NCBI GenBank assembly: GCA_028868715.1
Contig: JAGWUB010000002.1
Coordinates: 8,430-72,429 of the forward strand
Direction: 5' to 3'
DNA length: 64,000 nt
Source of the DNA: Patescibacteria group bacterium
GTDB lineage: Bacteria; Patescibacteriota; Minisyncoccia; Phycocordibacterales; UBA9973
Shown here: positions 18,528-27,350 of the stretch, one piece after another
How positions within the stretch are numbered: the first letter of the stretch is position 1
Layout of the letters: each line of letters opens with the position of its first letter
The notes under the pieces: generated by a model
Seen by the model: only the letters and a program-made list of their open reading frames with translations
Database searches by the model: none
What the model was told of the DNA's origin: nothing
Position numbers and translations under genes: made by a program

Positions 18528-18547
18528 ACAATGTATCATATCACATT

Positions 18548-18931
18548 ATGCGAGATTTTCAACAAAAAAAAAGATGGAGAAGTGTGGTAGAGTCTTGGCC
18601 GGTTTTGACAATTTTGGGCATATTGTTACTGCTTTTTGCTTGGGGGATAATCGGCCTTTGGAGTAAGATGCAAATTACAGCAGAAAACAAGAAAATAGCG
18701 GAAAATCAACTAAAGGAATTAAAGGAAAAACAGGCAATATTCTCAGCAGACGTTGCAAAATTAAATAGTCAAAGTGGTATGGAGGAAACAATTCGGGAAA
18801 GGTTTCCGGTAGTGAAAGAAGGCGAAGGTTTGATAGTAGTGGTGGATGATAAAAATAAAACAGAGGCGCCAAAAACTGAGACTGGAGGATTTTTCTCTTT
18901 CTTATATTTCTGGAAAGGCTGGTTTAAATAA
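18548..18931 (+). CDS. Septum-formation-initiator-like (FtsB/DivIC-type) small bitopic protein
   Basis: N-terminal TM helix, then a coiled coil (KKIAENQLKELKEKQAIFSADVAKLNSQ). The architecture suggests the family but it is not diagnostic. Confidence 0.35.
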   Translation: MRDFQQKKRWRSVVESWPVLTILGILLLLFAWGIIGLWSKMQITAENKKIAENQLKELKEKQAIFSADVAKLNSQSGMEETIRERFPVVKEGEGLIVVVDDKNKTEAPKTETGGFFSFLYFWKGWFK

Positions 18932-18933
18932 AG

Positions 18934-19004
18934 TGCGGGATACGAGAATCGAACTCGTGTCTAATCCTTGGGAAGGACTCGTTCTACCACTAGACCAATC
19001 CCGC
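18934..19004 (-). tRNA. tRNA-Gly (anticodon CCC)
   Basis: The reverse complement GCGGGAT…AGTCC-TTCCCAA-GGATT…CGAG-TTCGATT-CTCG-ATCCCGC-A folds as a cloverleaf with a 7-bp acceptor stem, TTCGATT T-loop and CCC anticodon. No encoded CCA. Confidence 0.8.
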
Positions 19005-19089
19005 ATTTTCATAGTCAAATATATTCCAATTTTTATACATTGACAAGTATGCTATAATATAAATATTAGAAGATAAGAATATAAATAAT

Positions 19090-19326
19090 ATGCAAAACGT
19101 AACTATTTACTCAACCCCTACATGCCACTTTTGCCAGATGGCTAAAGAGTTTTTTAAGGCTAATAACGTGGCTTATACCGAATACAATGTCGCTAGCGAC
19201 CTTGAAAAAAGGAAAGAAATGATAGAAAAAAGCCAGCAAATGGGTGTACCCGTCATTATAATTGGAAACGATTTGACTGTTGGTTTTGACAAGCCTAGAA
19301 TATCTAAATTGCTCGGGGTTGCTTAA
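19090..19326 (+). CDS. Glutaredoxin-like protein (NrdH/YruB-type thioredoxin fold, CHFC active site)
   Basis: IYSTPTCHFCQMAKEFF…GVPVIIIG is the classic Grx/NrdH layout. Confidence 0.7.
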   Translation: MQNVTIYSTPTCHFCQMAKEFFKANNVAYTEYNVASDLEKRKEMIEKSQQMGVPVIIIGNDLTVGFDKPRISKLLGVA

Positions 19327-19346
19327 TAAAACTTAAACATAAAAAA

Positions 19347-19374
19347 AGAACCCAATCAAGGGTTCTTTTTTTTA
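19347..19374. terminator. Rho-independent terminator (agaaccc-aatcaa-gggttct followed by T9); likely bidirectional
   Basis: Perfect 7-bp stem followed by a T-run, with an A-run on the 5' side. Sits between convergent genes. Confidence 0.5.
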
Positions 19375-19384
19375 TTATATTTAG

Positions 19385-19534
19385 TTAGATAACTTTTTCA
19401 CCTCTCACAAGTCTCAGGACGATTATTATTAGTGCGATTACCAAAAAAATGTGAATGAATCCTCCCAAGGTATACGAGGTTACTACGCCTAGGAGCCACA
19501 AGATGACTAAGATGACGGCTATTGTTGTAAGCAT
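19385..19534 (-). CDS. lmo0937-family small hydrophobic protein (DUF5670-like), 49 aa: MLTTIAVILVILWLLGVVTSYTLGGFIHIFLVIALIIIVLRLVRGEKVI
   Basis: Sequence pattern typical of this widespread ~50-aa family (…VILxxLWLLG…GGxIHxLLVIA…). Not in the ORF track because it is under 60 aa. Confidence 0.5.
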   Translation of the reverse strand: MLTTIAVILVILWLLGVVTSYTLGGFIHIFLVIALIIIVLRLVRGEKVI

Positions 19535-19619
19535 GTTTTTTATTTTATTAATTAATATATTCGACCAAATTATCTATCGGTACTATAGATGACGATTTAG
19601 AAGTAGAAGAATTACATTA

Positions 19620-20771
19620 TCACATAATAGTATTTGTTGGTATAGAGACGCTAAAAACGCTACCTTTTTTTTGTACGCTTTGAACTTTTACTGAACCTCC
19701 ATGAATTTCTGCAACCCATTTTACGATAGCCAGTCCGAGGCCTACGTTATTTTCGTGAGATCTTTGAAATTTATCTGCTCGATAAAATCTTTCAAATACA
19801 TGAGGTAAATCTTCTTCAGATATCCCGATTCCATCGTCAGCCACACTTATGGTGATAAGATTTTTTGATTTTTTAACACTGATTTTTGTATGACCATTTT
19901 TACGTCCATAAATTATAGAATTCTTAACAAGATTTATTATCATCTTGGCCAAGTATCCCTCATCTCCAAGCATTATTATGCGTGGCATTTCCGAGGAGGT
20001 AATTGAAATATTTTTTTTATAGGCGAGGGGCTTACATTGTCCTACAACTTTTTTGACCAAAACCCTTAAGTCTAATTTTTTATAAACAATTCTGTTTTTT
20101 AATTCCCAAGCTTTAGAAGTTATGAGCGACAGATCTGTAAGAATTTTGGCGAGGCGTCCAATCTCATAATTTATATCTTTAAGCGCAGTTCTCATTGGCT
20201 TTGGTTTCTTTGATATGTGTCTCATGGCTAGATCGACATTTCCTTTAATTATTGCGAGTGGAGTGCGAAGCTCATGAGTCGCATCGGCGATTGATTCTAC
20301 TTTCCACCTTTCTACTTCAAGGAGCCTTTTGGATTCCTTAATCTGATCTACCTCTTTACGTTCAGTTATGTCTCTTATATTGCATTGAATAACGAGTTCA
20401 CCACCAGCTAGATAAGAATTGCTCACAAACTCGACAGAAACTAGTTTACCGGCCTTAGTTTCTAGAGGCAAATCTTCGTAACGTACATAACCCTCATTTT
20501 GTAAAATTTTAAAAACATCCTTAGACGCCCTCACATTTCTGAAGGCTCCTACTTCCCACAACTTTTTATTTAAGAATTCTTCTTTAGAATACTCAAGTAA
20601 TTTAATCAAAAATGGATTTACATCGGTAATTTGACCAGTCTCTGAATCGAGCATTAGTATTCCATCGTGAGCTGACTCAAAAAGTCGGCGATATTTTACC
20701 TCCGACGCCAGCAACTTCTTGTTTATATTATTGGAAACTTTTTTTATCTTTTTACCTAACTTTTTTTTCAT
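19620..20771 (-). CDS. Sensor histidine kinase with N-terminal PAS domain, cytoplasmic (no TM)
   Basis: PAS-like N-terminus (SAHDGILMLDSETGQITDVNP…), H-box HELRTPLAII, and HATPase_c N/G boxes (NLVKNSIIYG, DDGIGI, GLGLAIV). Confidence 0.85.
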   Translation of the reverse strand: MKKKLGKKIKKVSNNINKKLLASEVKYRRLFESAHDGILMLDSETGQITDVNPFLIKLLEYSKEEFLNKKLWEVGAFRNVRASKDVFKILQNEGYVRYEDLPLETKAGKLVSVEFVSNSYLAGGELVIQCNIRDITERKEVDQIKESKRLLEVERWKVESIADATHELRTPLAIIKGNVDLAMRHISKKPKPMRTALKDINYEIGRLAKILTDLSLITSKAWELKNRIVYKKLDLRVLVKKVVGQCKPLAYKKNISITSSEMPRIIMLGDEGYLAKMIINLVKNSIIYGRKNGHTKISVKKSKNLITISVADDGIGISEEDLPHVFERFYRADKFQRSHENNVGLGLAIVKWVAEIHGGSVKVQSVQKKGSVFSVSIPTNTIM

Positions 20772-20780
20772 TGTTTTAGA

Positions 20781-21485
20781 TTATTCTTTTAAAACAAATC
20801 CAACCCCACGCACAGTGTGGATTAATGGCTTTTTGTTGCCTTTGTTTATCTTAGAACGAAGGTATTTTATGTGGACATTTAACTCATTTCCAACCTCTTT
20901 AAACGTTGGCCCCCAAGCATGGTCTATGAGGTCACGTCTTTTGACAGCTTCACCTTTGCGGGAGATAAGAGTATCTAACAGCTTATACTCTTTTGGGGTA
21001 AGGGGAATGACAACTCCTCCTCGAGTCACTTCATGTTTTTTCTTATCCATAACCAAATTAGCAACCTTAAGCATATCTTCATCAGTTGTTTTTCTGCGAC
21101 GCAAAATTGCACGAATTCTAGAAAACAATTCAATCAAACTGAAGGGTTTTATTAGATAATCATCTGCGCCGGCGTCGAGTCCAAAAACTTTATCTTCAAT
21201 GGCACCTCTGGCAGTGAGCATGATTACCGGTGTGTGAATGTGGCGAGCTCTGAGTTCTCTGCAAATGGCAAAACCATCTTTACTCGGAAGCATAACGTCT
21301 AAAAGAATCAAGGAGTAATTATTTCTCATTGCCTTACTCAAACCTTCCTCTCCGTCATAAGCTACATCAACAGAATAGCGCTCTTCCTTCAATGCTTTTT
21401 TAAGTATATTAACTAATTTTTTTTCATCTTCAATTATTAAAATTGCCATGACATTAATTCTATCATTTTCAATATATTTGCGCAA
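20781..21485 (-). CDS. OmpR-family response regulator (REC + winged-helix DNA-binding domain)
   Basis: AILIIEDE…LILLDVMLPSKDGF…IMLTA receiver domain, then the trans_reg_C motifs (LTPKEYKLLDTL…, VWG…YLRSKI). Confidence 0.85.
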   Translation of the reverse strand: MRKYIENDRINVMAILIIEDEKKLVNILKKALKEERYSVDVAYDGEEGLSKAMRNNYSLILLDVMLPSKDGFAICRELRARHIHTPVIMLTARGAIEDKVFGLDAGADDYLIKPFSLIELFSRIRAILRRRKTTDEDMLKVANLVMDKKKHEVTRGGVVIPLTPKEYKLLDTLISRKGEAVKRRDLIDHAWGPTFKEVGNELNVHIKYLRSKINKGNKKPLIHTVRGVGFVLKE

Positions 21486-21622
21486 TACATAATTAGCCTT
21501 ATTATTAAGTTTATATTAAAGTTATGCACAATGTATTAACAGGTTTTATCACTTTTTTAGTTGGTAATGCTTGACTACGCTTGAATATTAGAATACAATT
21601 ATTAAGATTAGATTAAATTACT

Positions 21623-22135
21623 ATGAACAAAAAGCAAGAGGTAAAATCACAGAAAATATTAACTCAAGCATATACTGACTACAAAGATATGCTTAGTAAG
21701 CGAGCTTTTTTTAAAGTGAACGATCGGGTGGTTAGTGAATACTTGGTACAAGATACTTTTATAAAAACTTGGAAATATCTTATGAAAGGAGGGAAGATAG
21801 AAATAATGGGAGCTTTTCTCTATCACGTTTTGAACAATCTTATCGTAGATGAATATAGAAAACATAAAACAACTTCTCTCGACTCGCTTTTAGAAAAAGG
21901 ATTTGAGCCACGCGCTGAAGATCACGAGCGGATCTTTGATGCCTTGGATGGAAAGACTTCATTTGGGCTAATAGAGCATCTGCCTAGAATATATAAGAAA
22001 GTAATACGTATGAAATATGCCCAAGATTTATCGCTTAAAGAAATGTCTCAAATCACCGGAAAATCAAAAAATGTCATTGCGGTGCAAACTCATAGGGGAT
22101 TAGAGAAACTTAAATTATTGTATAATCCTGCTTAG
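21623..22135 (+). CDS. ECF-type RNA polymerase sigma factor (sigma-70 regions 2 and 4)
   Basis: Region-2-like segment (…QDTFIKTWKYL…) and a region-4 HTH (LSLKEMSQITGKSKNVIAVQTHRGLEKLK). Divergent from the two-component-system operon. Confidence 0.7.
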   Translation: MNKKQEVKSQKILTQAYTDYKDMLSKRAFFKVNDRVVSEYLVQDTFIKTWKYLMKGGKIEIMGAFLYHVLNNLIVDEYRKHKTTSLDSLLEKGFEPRAEDHERIFDALDGKTSFGLIEHLPRIYKKVIRMKYAQDLSLKEMSQITGKSKNVIAVQTHRGLEKLKLLYNPA

Positions 22136-22140
22136 TCTTT

Positions 22141-22386
22141 TTGTGTCCTCGGCAGGATATCTCGGTTTACCACCGCGGGTGCTTTTCCGTTTAGTTTTAC
22201 TAAACATGGAAAAGCCTTTCGCTTCCTGCCCGAAATAAAGCAGTTTATTTCTCTCGGACACAGTTGTGTCCTCGGCAGGATATCTCGGTTTACCACCGCG
22301 GGTGCTTTTCCGTTTAGTTTTACTAAACAAGGAAAAGCCTTTCGCTTCCTGCACGAAATAAAGCAGTTTATTTCTCTCGGACACAC
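22141..22386. repeat. Two tandem 123-bp direct repeats (~97% identical). On the minus strand each ends with the last 17 nt of the adjacent tRNA-Arg (TCCTGCCGAGGACACAA).
   Basis: Unit 1 is 22141-22263 and unit 2 is 22264-22386, differing at 3 positions. The same 17-mer starts the tRNA region at 22387. Each unit contains a strong nested hairpin (gcttttcc-gtttagt-ttt-actaaac-at-ggaaaagc) and an AT hairpin (aaataaa-gcag-tttattt). Confidence 0.85.
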
Positions 22387-22389
22387 TTG

Positions 22390-22461
22390 TGTCCTCGGCA
22401 GGAATCGAACCTGCAACTACTCCTTAGGACGGAGTCGTTATATCCATTTAACTACGAAGAC
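22390..22461 (-). tRNA. tRNA-Arg (anticodon CCT)
   Basis: The reverse complement GTCTTCG-TA-GTTA…ACTCC-GTCCTAA-GGAGT-AGTT-GCAGG-TTCGATT-CCTGC-CGAGGAC-A is a clean cloverleaf of 72 nt. Confidence 0.8.
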
Positions 22462-22546
22462 ATTTTAAACTACCTATTTATAAGATAACATATAAAAATC
22501 CATTTGAAAATTTGGTTTTTTTACCTATTTTTGCTAGTATTTATAT

Positions 22547-22795
22547 ATGTCTCCAGAGGAAAGAGAGCTTTTAAATAGAAGCGTAAAGCTTGCCGAAGAG
22601 AATAATGAAATGTTACATTCAATGCATCGCTCTCTGCGCTTACAGCGCATTATGAGTATTGTATATTGGGTGTTTATAATTGGTTCGGCTATCGGTGCAT
22701 ATTATATAATTGCACCATATCTGAATCAGTTAAAGAGCTTATATGAAAGTGGTGCAGGAGATGTTTTGAGAAATATAAATAATATGCCTAGGTAG
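22547..22795 (+). CDS. Hypothetical small membrane protein (82 aa)
   Basis: A single hydrophobic helix (IVYWVFIIGSAIGAYYIIAPYL). The stop overlaps the 5' end of tRNA-Phe by 10 nt, so the real 3' end is uncertain. Confidence 0.3.
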   Translation: MSPEERELLNRSVKLAEENNEMLHSMHRSLRLQRIMSIVYWVFIIGSAIGAYYIIAPYLNQLKSLYESGAGDVLRNINNMPR

Positions 22796-22857
22796 CTCAG
22801 TGGTAGAGCGCAGCCCTGAAGAGGCTGGCGTCGGGTGTTCAATTCACCCCCTAGGCA
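22786..22857 (+). tRNA. tRNA-Phe (anticodon GAA)
   Basis: GCCTAGG-TA-GCTC-AGTGGTA-GAGC-G-CAGCC-CTGAAGA-GGCTG-GCGTC-GGGTG-TTCAATT-CACCC-CCTAGGC-A. Confidence 0.85.
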
Positions 22858-22911
22858 CATAAAGAAGATTTCTAACTATACATTATTAAAAGCACAGAGT
22901 ATAATTAAAAA

Positions 22912-23919
22912 ATGAGCTATTCTGGACTTGTTAAAACCCTAGCAACAATACTAGTGTTATTTGTGGTTGTTGCGGGAGGATATTTATTTTGGGAAAACTC
23001 TAAACTTAACAAAGGGCTTAATAATCAAGCTTTAGATAAAAACACGCTACCGTCTCCAGAAATTTCTAAATTACCACTTGATACTCAGGATAAAAATATT
23101 AAAAATCCCACTGAGATAGGGTCAAACACCACAGTAGTACAAAAAAATACCACGACCAAAAGCACTACTCAGGCAAAAGACTTTTATAAAGTTCCTGAGA
23201 ATCCAGATATTAAGACATTAACTGGGGATCAAGGAATTACAGAAAAACCCTATTATAATATTAAATTTTTGGGATTTAATTCAGCCGTAATTATTGATTC
23301 ATTTGGCAATACACAAGAAATGGTTGCCGACTCATTTTTAGGGACCGTAGATGGCATCTCTGTAAATGGCATGGGGCAAGATGGCGCATCTGTTACTTTC
23401 AGTTCTGAAAATACATATAAGTTTGAGTTTTATCCGAAAGATTATTCATTTATTACAATTAAATATGGATTTGGTAATCGTGCAGGTAATTTAATGACTA
23501 TTCATTACGAAAATAATTATAAGCCATGGGATGGAGTGATTAAGTTCGAGACCAACTCAAAAGGTGTTGTTGCAGCAACTTACACAAAGGAAAATGGAGG
23601 AAAGCCAACTATTATTACTCCCTTCGCAGCTGTTTATGGAAAAATGGCTGCTGACGAGACAGGTCCAGATGTAAAGATTGTTGGCAAAGATCAGGGTGAT
23701 GGAAATGTACTTATAACGATAACAGCAACTGACCCTTCCGGCATACATGATATTTATTATTATTTAGATGAGAAAGTCGGTCCTCCTTTGAGTTATACTG
23801 GACCATTTACTATAAATAAATCTAAGATCACCACAGATTTAAGGGCTTCAGCTGTTGATTTAGTTGGAAATTTAGGGTGGTCAGATTTCTTTGATATAAA
23901 AAATCTTAGATCATTCTAG
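22912..23919 (+). CDS. Membrane-anchored extracytoplasmic protein with a C-terminal CHB_HEX_C-like (chitobiase/hexosaminidase C-terminal, Fn3-like) domain
   Basis: N-terminal TM helix. The C-terminal segment (GPDVKIVG…ITITATDPSGIHDIYYYLDEKVGPPLSYTGPFTINKS…LRASAVDLVGNLG) has the Y-x-L-D…Y-x-x-P-I…ARA-x-D-x-x-GN pattern of that domain family. Confidence 0.4.
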   Translation: MSYSGLVKTLATILVLFVVVAGGYLFWENSKLNKGLNNQALDKNTLPSPEISKLPLDTQDKNIKNPTEIGSNTTVVQKNTTTKSTTQAKDFYKVPENPDIKTLTGDQGITEKPYYNIKFLGFNSAVIIDSFGNTQEMVADSFLGTVDGISVNGMGQDGASVTFSSENTYKFEFYPKDYSFITIKYGFGNRAGNLMTIHYENNYKPWDGVIKFETNSKGVVAATYTKENGGKPTIITPFAAVYGKMAADETGPDVKIVGKDQGDGNVLITITATDPSGIHDIYYYLDEKVGPPLSYTGPFTINKSKITTDLRASAVDLVGNLGWSDFFDIKNLRSF

Positions 23920-23924
23920 GCAGA

Positions 23925-24401
23925 CTAAATAGAGCGTACTTTTACGCTATTTTTCTTTTCTTTATCTACCTTTTGCATTTTAACGCTCAAGAGTCCATGT
24001 TTTTCTGTCGCTTCAACTTCTTCAGGCTCCACTTCAGCAGGCAGAGATATTGTACGAGAAAATTTACCCCAATATAATTCCTTAGTAAAATAGTCAGATT
24101 CGTCTATAGTTCTGTTTTCTTCACGTTTACCGCGGATGGTTATGATATCTCTGCCAATGGTTAATTCTAAATCTTCCGGTCGAACTCCAGCCACCATTGT
24201 TTGTATTATTATTTCTTTTTCTGTTTGGTAGACGTCTACAGCCAACTCCGCTTCATCTGGTTCTTCTTCAATCCAGTCGTTACTTGATTTTTTGTCGTCC
24301 TTGTTTAATTCGTTTGAATATCTCCTTAGGTCTTCTTGTTCGTCCTTCATGCTTATGCTTCCGGTCAACCTTTCAAAAAAACTCCTTTTTTTATTTTCCA
24401 T
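23925..24401 (-). CDS. Hsp20/alpha-crystallin family small heat-shock protein
   Basis: Alpha-crystallin domain (VDVYQTEKEIIIQTMVAGVRPEDLELTI…ITIRGKREE…GKFSRTISLPAEVEPEEVEATEKHGLLSVKMQK). Confidence 0.8.
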   Translation of the reverse strand: MENKKRSFFERLTGSISMKDEQEDLRRYSNELNKDDKKSSNDWIEEEPDEAELAVDVYQTEKEIIIQTMVAGVRPEDLELTIGRDIITIRGKREENRTIDESDYFTKELYWGKFSRTISLPAEVEPEEVEATEKHGLLSVKMQKVDKEKKNSVKVRSI

Positions 24402-24456
24402 AATTTTTTATTTCAGCCCAAGGCTGATCCGCCTTTGGCGGAAATTAATCTACTAA

Positions 24457-25146
24457 TTAACTCATCCTTCTTACTTTTTCAAAAAGTAACATTACGACGA
24501 CAGTGACGACCCACAAGAAAGCAAACACTTTCAGAAAATCGCTTCCGCCATTTCTTATTATAAAAAAATTAAAGATACTATGCAAGGAGATGGCAAAGAA
24601 TAAGCCTACTGCAACATGCCAATATTTTCTCAATCCTTTGTAATGAAATGCAATTCCCAAAGCAATACCAAGAATTCCACTCGAAACGGTGTGTAAAAGA
24701 GTAGAACCCAAGAATCTAAGTTCTCCGGTGAGCAGACTTACGGTAGTCGCACCTATGCTCAAAGAAAGTGGTTTAATTAAAAACAGTGCATTTTCAAGGG
24801 CTGCAAAGCCCAAGGCTGCAGTGATAAGATAAATAGGCCACTCTACTGGTTCATCGATATCATTTGTTCCATAAACCACTACCAATACAGCTATATATTT
24901 TAATATTTCTTCCGCGCTAGCCCAACCAATCAGTCGCCAAGTATTACTACTGACATAAGTTTGGATAAATTTTTCAATTGGCAAAACACAAATGACCGCA
25001 GTCATGCCCAAAATAAAAACTATAGTCAGTAATCCCTTTGGCTGAACTCTTTTTTCTTCTTCTTTAACCCAAAACCACAACCACAAAAGAGAGGGGAGAA
25101 TTCCACCAAAGAATGCTAAAGCTAAAATTTTTGGATCGTTAAACAT
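24457..25146 (-). CDS. PrsW-family intramembrane metalloprotease (anti-sigma-factor protease-like)
   Basis: Polytopic membrane protein with the PrsW motifs: EExxK (ASAEEILKY), FAALEN, the TLLHTVSSG His motif, and HSIFN. Confidence 0.55.
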   Translation of the reverse strand: MFNDPKILALAFFGGILPSLLWLWFWVKEEEKRVQPKGLLTIVFILGMTAVICVLPIEKFIQTYVSSNTWRLIGWASAEEILKYIAVLVVVYGTNDIDEPVEWPIYLITAALGFAALENALFLIKPLSLSIGATTVSLLTGELRFLGSTLLHTVSSGILGIALGIAFHYKGLRKYWHVAVGLFFAISLHSIFNFFIIRNGGSDFLKVFAFLWVVTVVVMLLFEKVRRMS

Positions 25147-27283
25147 TTGATTTATCGTGTGCTCCTTTGAGGGGCCATTTTTCTACCATTAAAAAATTCT
25201 TATGGTCTGGTAAAATAGACCAAATTTCTTCAGTCACAAAAGGCATAAATGGATGCAATAATTTTATGGAGTTTTCCAATATATAATAAAGTGTCTCTCC
25301 ATAGCCGTCCTTACCCTTGGATTCTTCGATAATCTCGTCTGCGAATCGGTGCCATATATAAGCATACAACTTTTCTGCTGCTAAATAGAATCGGAAATTG
25401 TCCATATCAAATGTTATATCTTTAGCCATTGTATTCCATTCATCTACCAACTCTTTTTTTAAGCCACCTTCTCTTTTGATCGAGAGAACATAGCGAGTAA
25501 TGTTCCAAATTTTATTAGCAAAATTTTTGTATGCTTTTACTTTTCCTAAATCAAACTTTCCATCTGCGCCAGGTCCAATACCTACAATCATAGACATCCG
25601 TAAGGCATCAGCACCGTATTCATTTATGATTTCAATTGGGTCTATGCCATTACCTTGCGACTTACTAAATTTCTGTCCCTTGGCATCGCGGAGCATCCCA
25701 TGCAAGTAGACGGTTTCAAATGGAATTTCGCCTATTAAATATTGTGACATCAAAATCATTCTAGCAACCCAGAAAAAAAGAATTTCATAGCCGGGGTTTA
25801 TTACACTAGTTGGATGGAAGTTCTTTAAATCTTTAGCACTTATATCTGGCCAGCCAAGAGTAGAAAAAGTCCAAAGTCCAGAAGAAAACCATGTGTCCAA
25901 GGTGTCTTCATCTTGAGTCCAGCCTTCGCCATTAGGAGCTTCGATTCCACAGTAGGTCTCATTTTCTTTATACCAGACTGGAATTCTGTGGCCGTACCAA
26001 ATTTGTCGGCTGATACACCAATCGCGTAAGTTTTCTATCCAATTAAAGTAAACCTTTTCAAAATGGTCAGGGAGTATTTTTATATCCTTATTTCTCACAG
26101 GTTCCAGCATCAATTCTTTTAGTGATTTATTGTCACGGTCAGGAATTTTTTTATTTACATCCACAAACCACTGGAGCATTATTTGTGGTTCGATTATTCC
26201 ACCTGAGCGTTCGGCGGTAGCTACACGATTTATATAATTTTCATCTATGGAAACGAGTAATCCTTTGGCTTTTAATTTTTCAACTATTTTTTCTCGGGCG
26301 TCCAGAATCTTCATCCCAGCAAATTCTTGGGCAACTGGTAAGAGTTTTCCGTATTTATCTATAATTTGTTCTTTGTCTAGTTTGTATTTTTCCGCTAAAG
26401 CGAAGTCTTCGTGTGAGTGCCAAGGAGTGATGGTCATTACCCCTGTGCCAAATTCCATATCAATCATATCATCCTTGATTACAGTGGCTTCTATTGGCCC
26501 ATTTATCCATTCTAGTTGGATCTTTTGTCCATGAGTATACTTTGCATAGCGTTTATCGTCCGGATGCATTACCACATATTTATCACCAAATTTTGTTTCT
26601 GGTCTTGCCGTGGCTATCTCAAAAGGTCCGTATTTAAAGGTATAAAATTTATTTTTCTGTTCCACATAAACTATCTCATCATCCGAGATGACTGTTTGCC
26701 CCTTAGGATCCCAATTCACGATACGATGCCCCCTATAAATTAATCCATCATCATACATTTTTTTAAACGTAGTTCTTACGGCGAGATTTCGCGCTTTGTC
26801 CAAAGTGAAAGCTTCGCGGGACCAATCTAAGGAGGCGCCGATTTTTCGTAGTTGGGTAACTATAGTTTTCCTACTATCAGCGACAAATTCATCTACGCGT
26901 TCTAAAAATTTTTCTCGGCCGATGTCTCTTTTTTTTAAACCCTCCTTCTCAAGAATTTTGGAAACTTTTGAATCAGTGGCTATAGCAGCGTGATCCGTGC
27001 CAGGGAGCCAGAGAGTTCTTTTGCCCAGCATGCGGTTGTAGCGAATCATGGTGTCTTGCATAGAATCCTCCAACACGTGTCCGAGGTGTAGTACGCCGGT
27101 GGCATTTGGGGGAGGCAGAACAATGGAAAAATAAGGTGCATCAGCTTTAGCTATACCTTTTTCTACACATATATCGGGATTAAAAAAACCACTATCTTCC
27201 CATAGTTTGTAAATCCGATCTTCAGTATTTTTCGGATCATAAGGCCTCAGCAGTCTCTCGTCCACCCCGTTAGAGATTTCCAT
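25139..27283 (-). CDS. valS: Valyl-tRNA synthetase (short form, 714 aa)
   Basis: PPPNATGVLHLGHV (HIGH), GTDHAAIATD, the TARPETKFGD and GTGVMTITPWHSHED editing-domain motifs, and KFSKSQGNG (KMSKS). The C-terminal coiled-coil extension is short or absent. Confidence 0.85.
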   Translation of the reverse strand: MEISNGVDERLLRPYDPKNTEDRIYKLWEDSGFFNPDICVEKGIAKADAPYFSIVLPPPNATGVLHLGHVLEDSMQDTMIRYNRMLGKRTLWLPGTDHAAIATDSKVSKILEKEGLKKRDIGREKFLERVDEFVADSRKTIVTQLRKIGASLDWSREAFTLDKARNLAVRTTFKKMYDDGLIYRGHRIVNWDPKGQTVISDDEIVYVEQKNKFYTFKYGPFEIATARPETKFGDKYVVMHPDDKRYAKYTHGQKIQLEWINGPIEATVIKDDMIDMEFGTGVMTITPWHSHEDFALAEKYKLDKEQIIDKYGKLLPVAQEFAGMKILDAREKIVEKLKAKGLLVSIDENYINRVATAERSGGIIEPQIMLQWFVDVNKKIPDRDNKSLKELMLEPVRNKDIKILPDHFEKVYFNWIENLRDWCISRQIWYGHRIPVWYKENETYCGIEAPNGEGWTQDEDTLDTWFSSGLWTFSTLGWPDISAKDLKNFHPTSVINPGYEILFFWVARMILMSQYLIGEIPFETVYLHGMLRDAKGQKFSKSQGNGIDPIEIINEYGADALRMSMIVGIGPGADGKFDLGKVKAYKNFANKIWNITRYVLSIKREGGLKKELVDEWNTMAKDITFDMDNFRFYLAAEKLYAYIWHRFADEIIEESKGKDGYGETLYYILENSIKLLHPFMPFVTEEIWSILPDHKNFLMVEKWPLKGAHDKSNV

Positions 27284-27350
27284 AATATATTAAAATGATT
27301 TAACCAATATAATAAGACTTGAATCTCGTTATCTCTAACGGGGTCCATCC

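Noticed and set aside
18846-19043. 65-aa plus-strand ORF
   Set aside because: It lies entirely over tRNA-Gly(CCC) on the opposite strand and in the downstream intergenic region. The tRNA call explains the sequence.
19021-19060. ttgaca … tataat upstream of the glutaredoxin gene
   Set aside because: The hexamers are separated by only 7 nt, which is not a functional sigma-70 spacing. Possibly an extended -10 only, so it is not called.
22115-22416. Two minus-strand ORFs (89 and 94 aa) with internally repeated peptide sequences
   Set aside because: They exist only because the 123-bp DNA repeat is a multiple of 3. They use GTG/TTG starts, run antisense through the tRNA-Arg gene and its att-like repeats, and have no RBS. 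They are treated as artefacts of the repeat, not genes.
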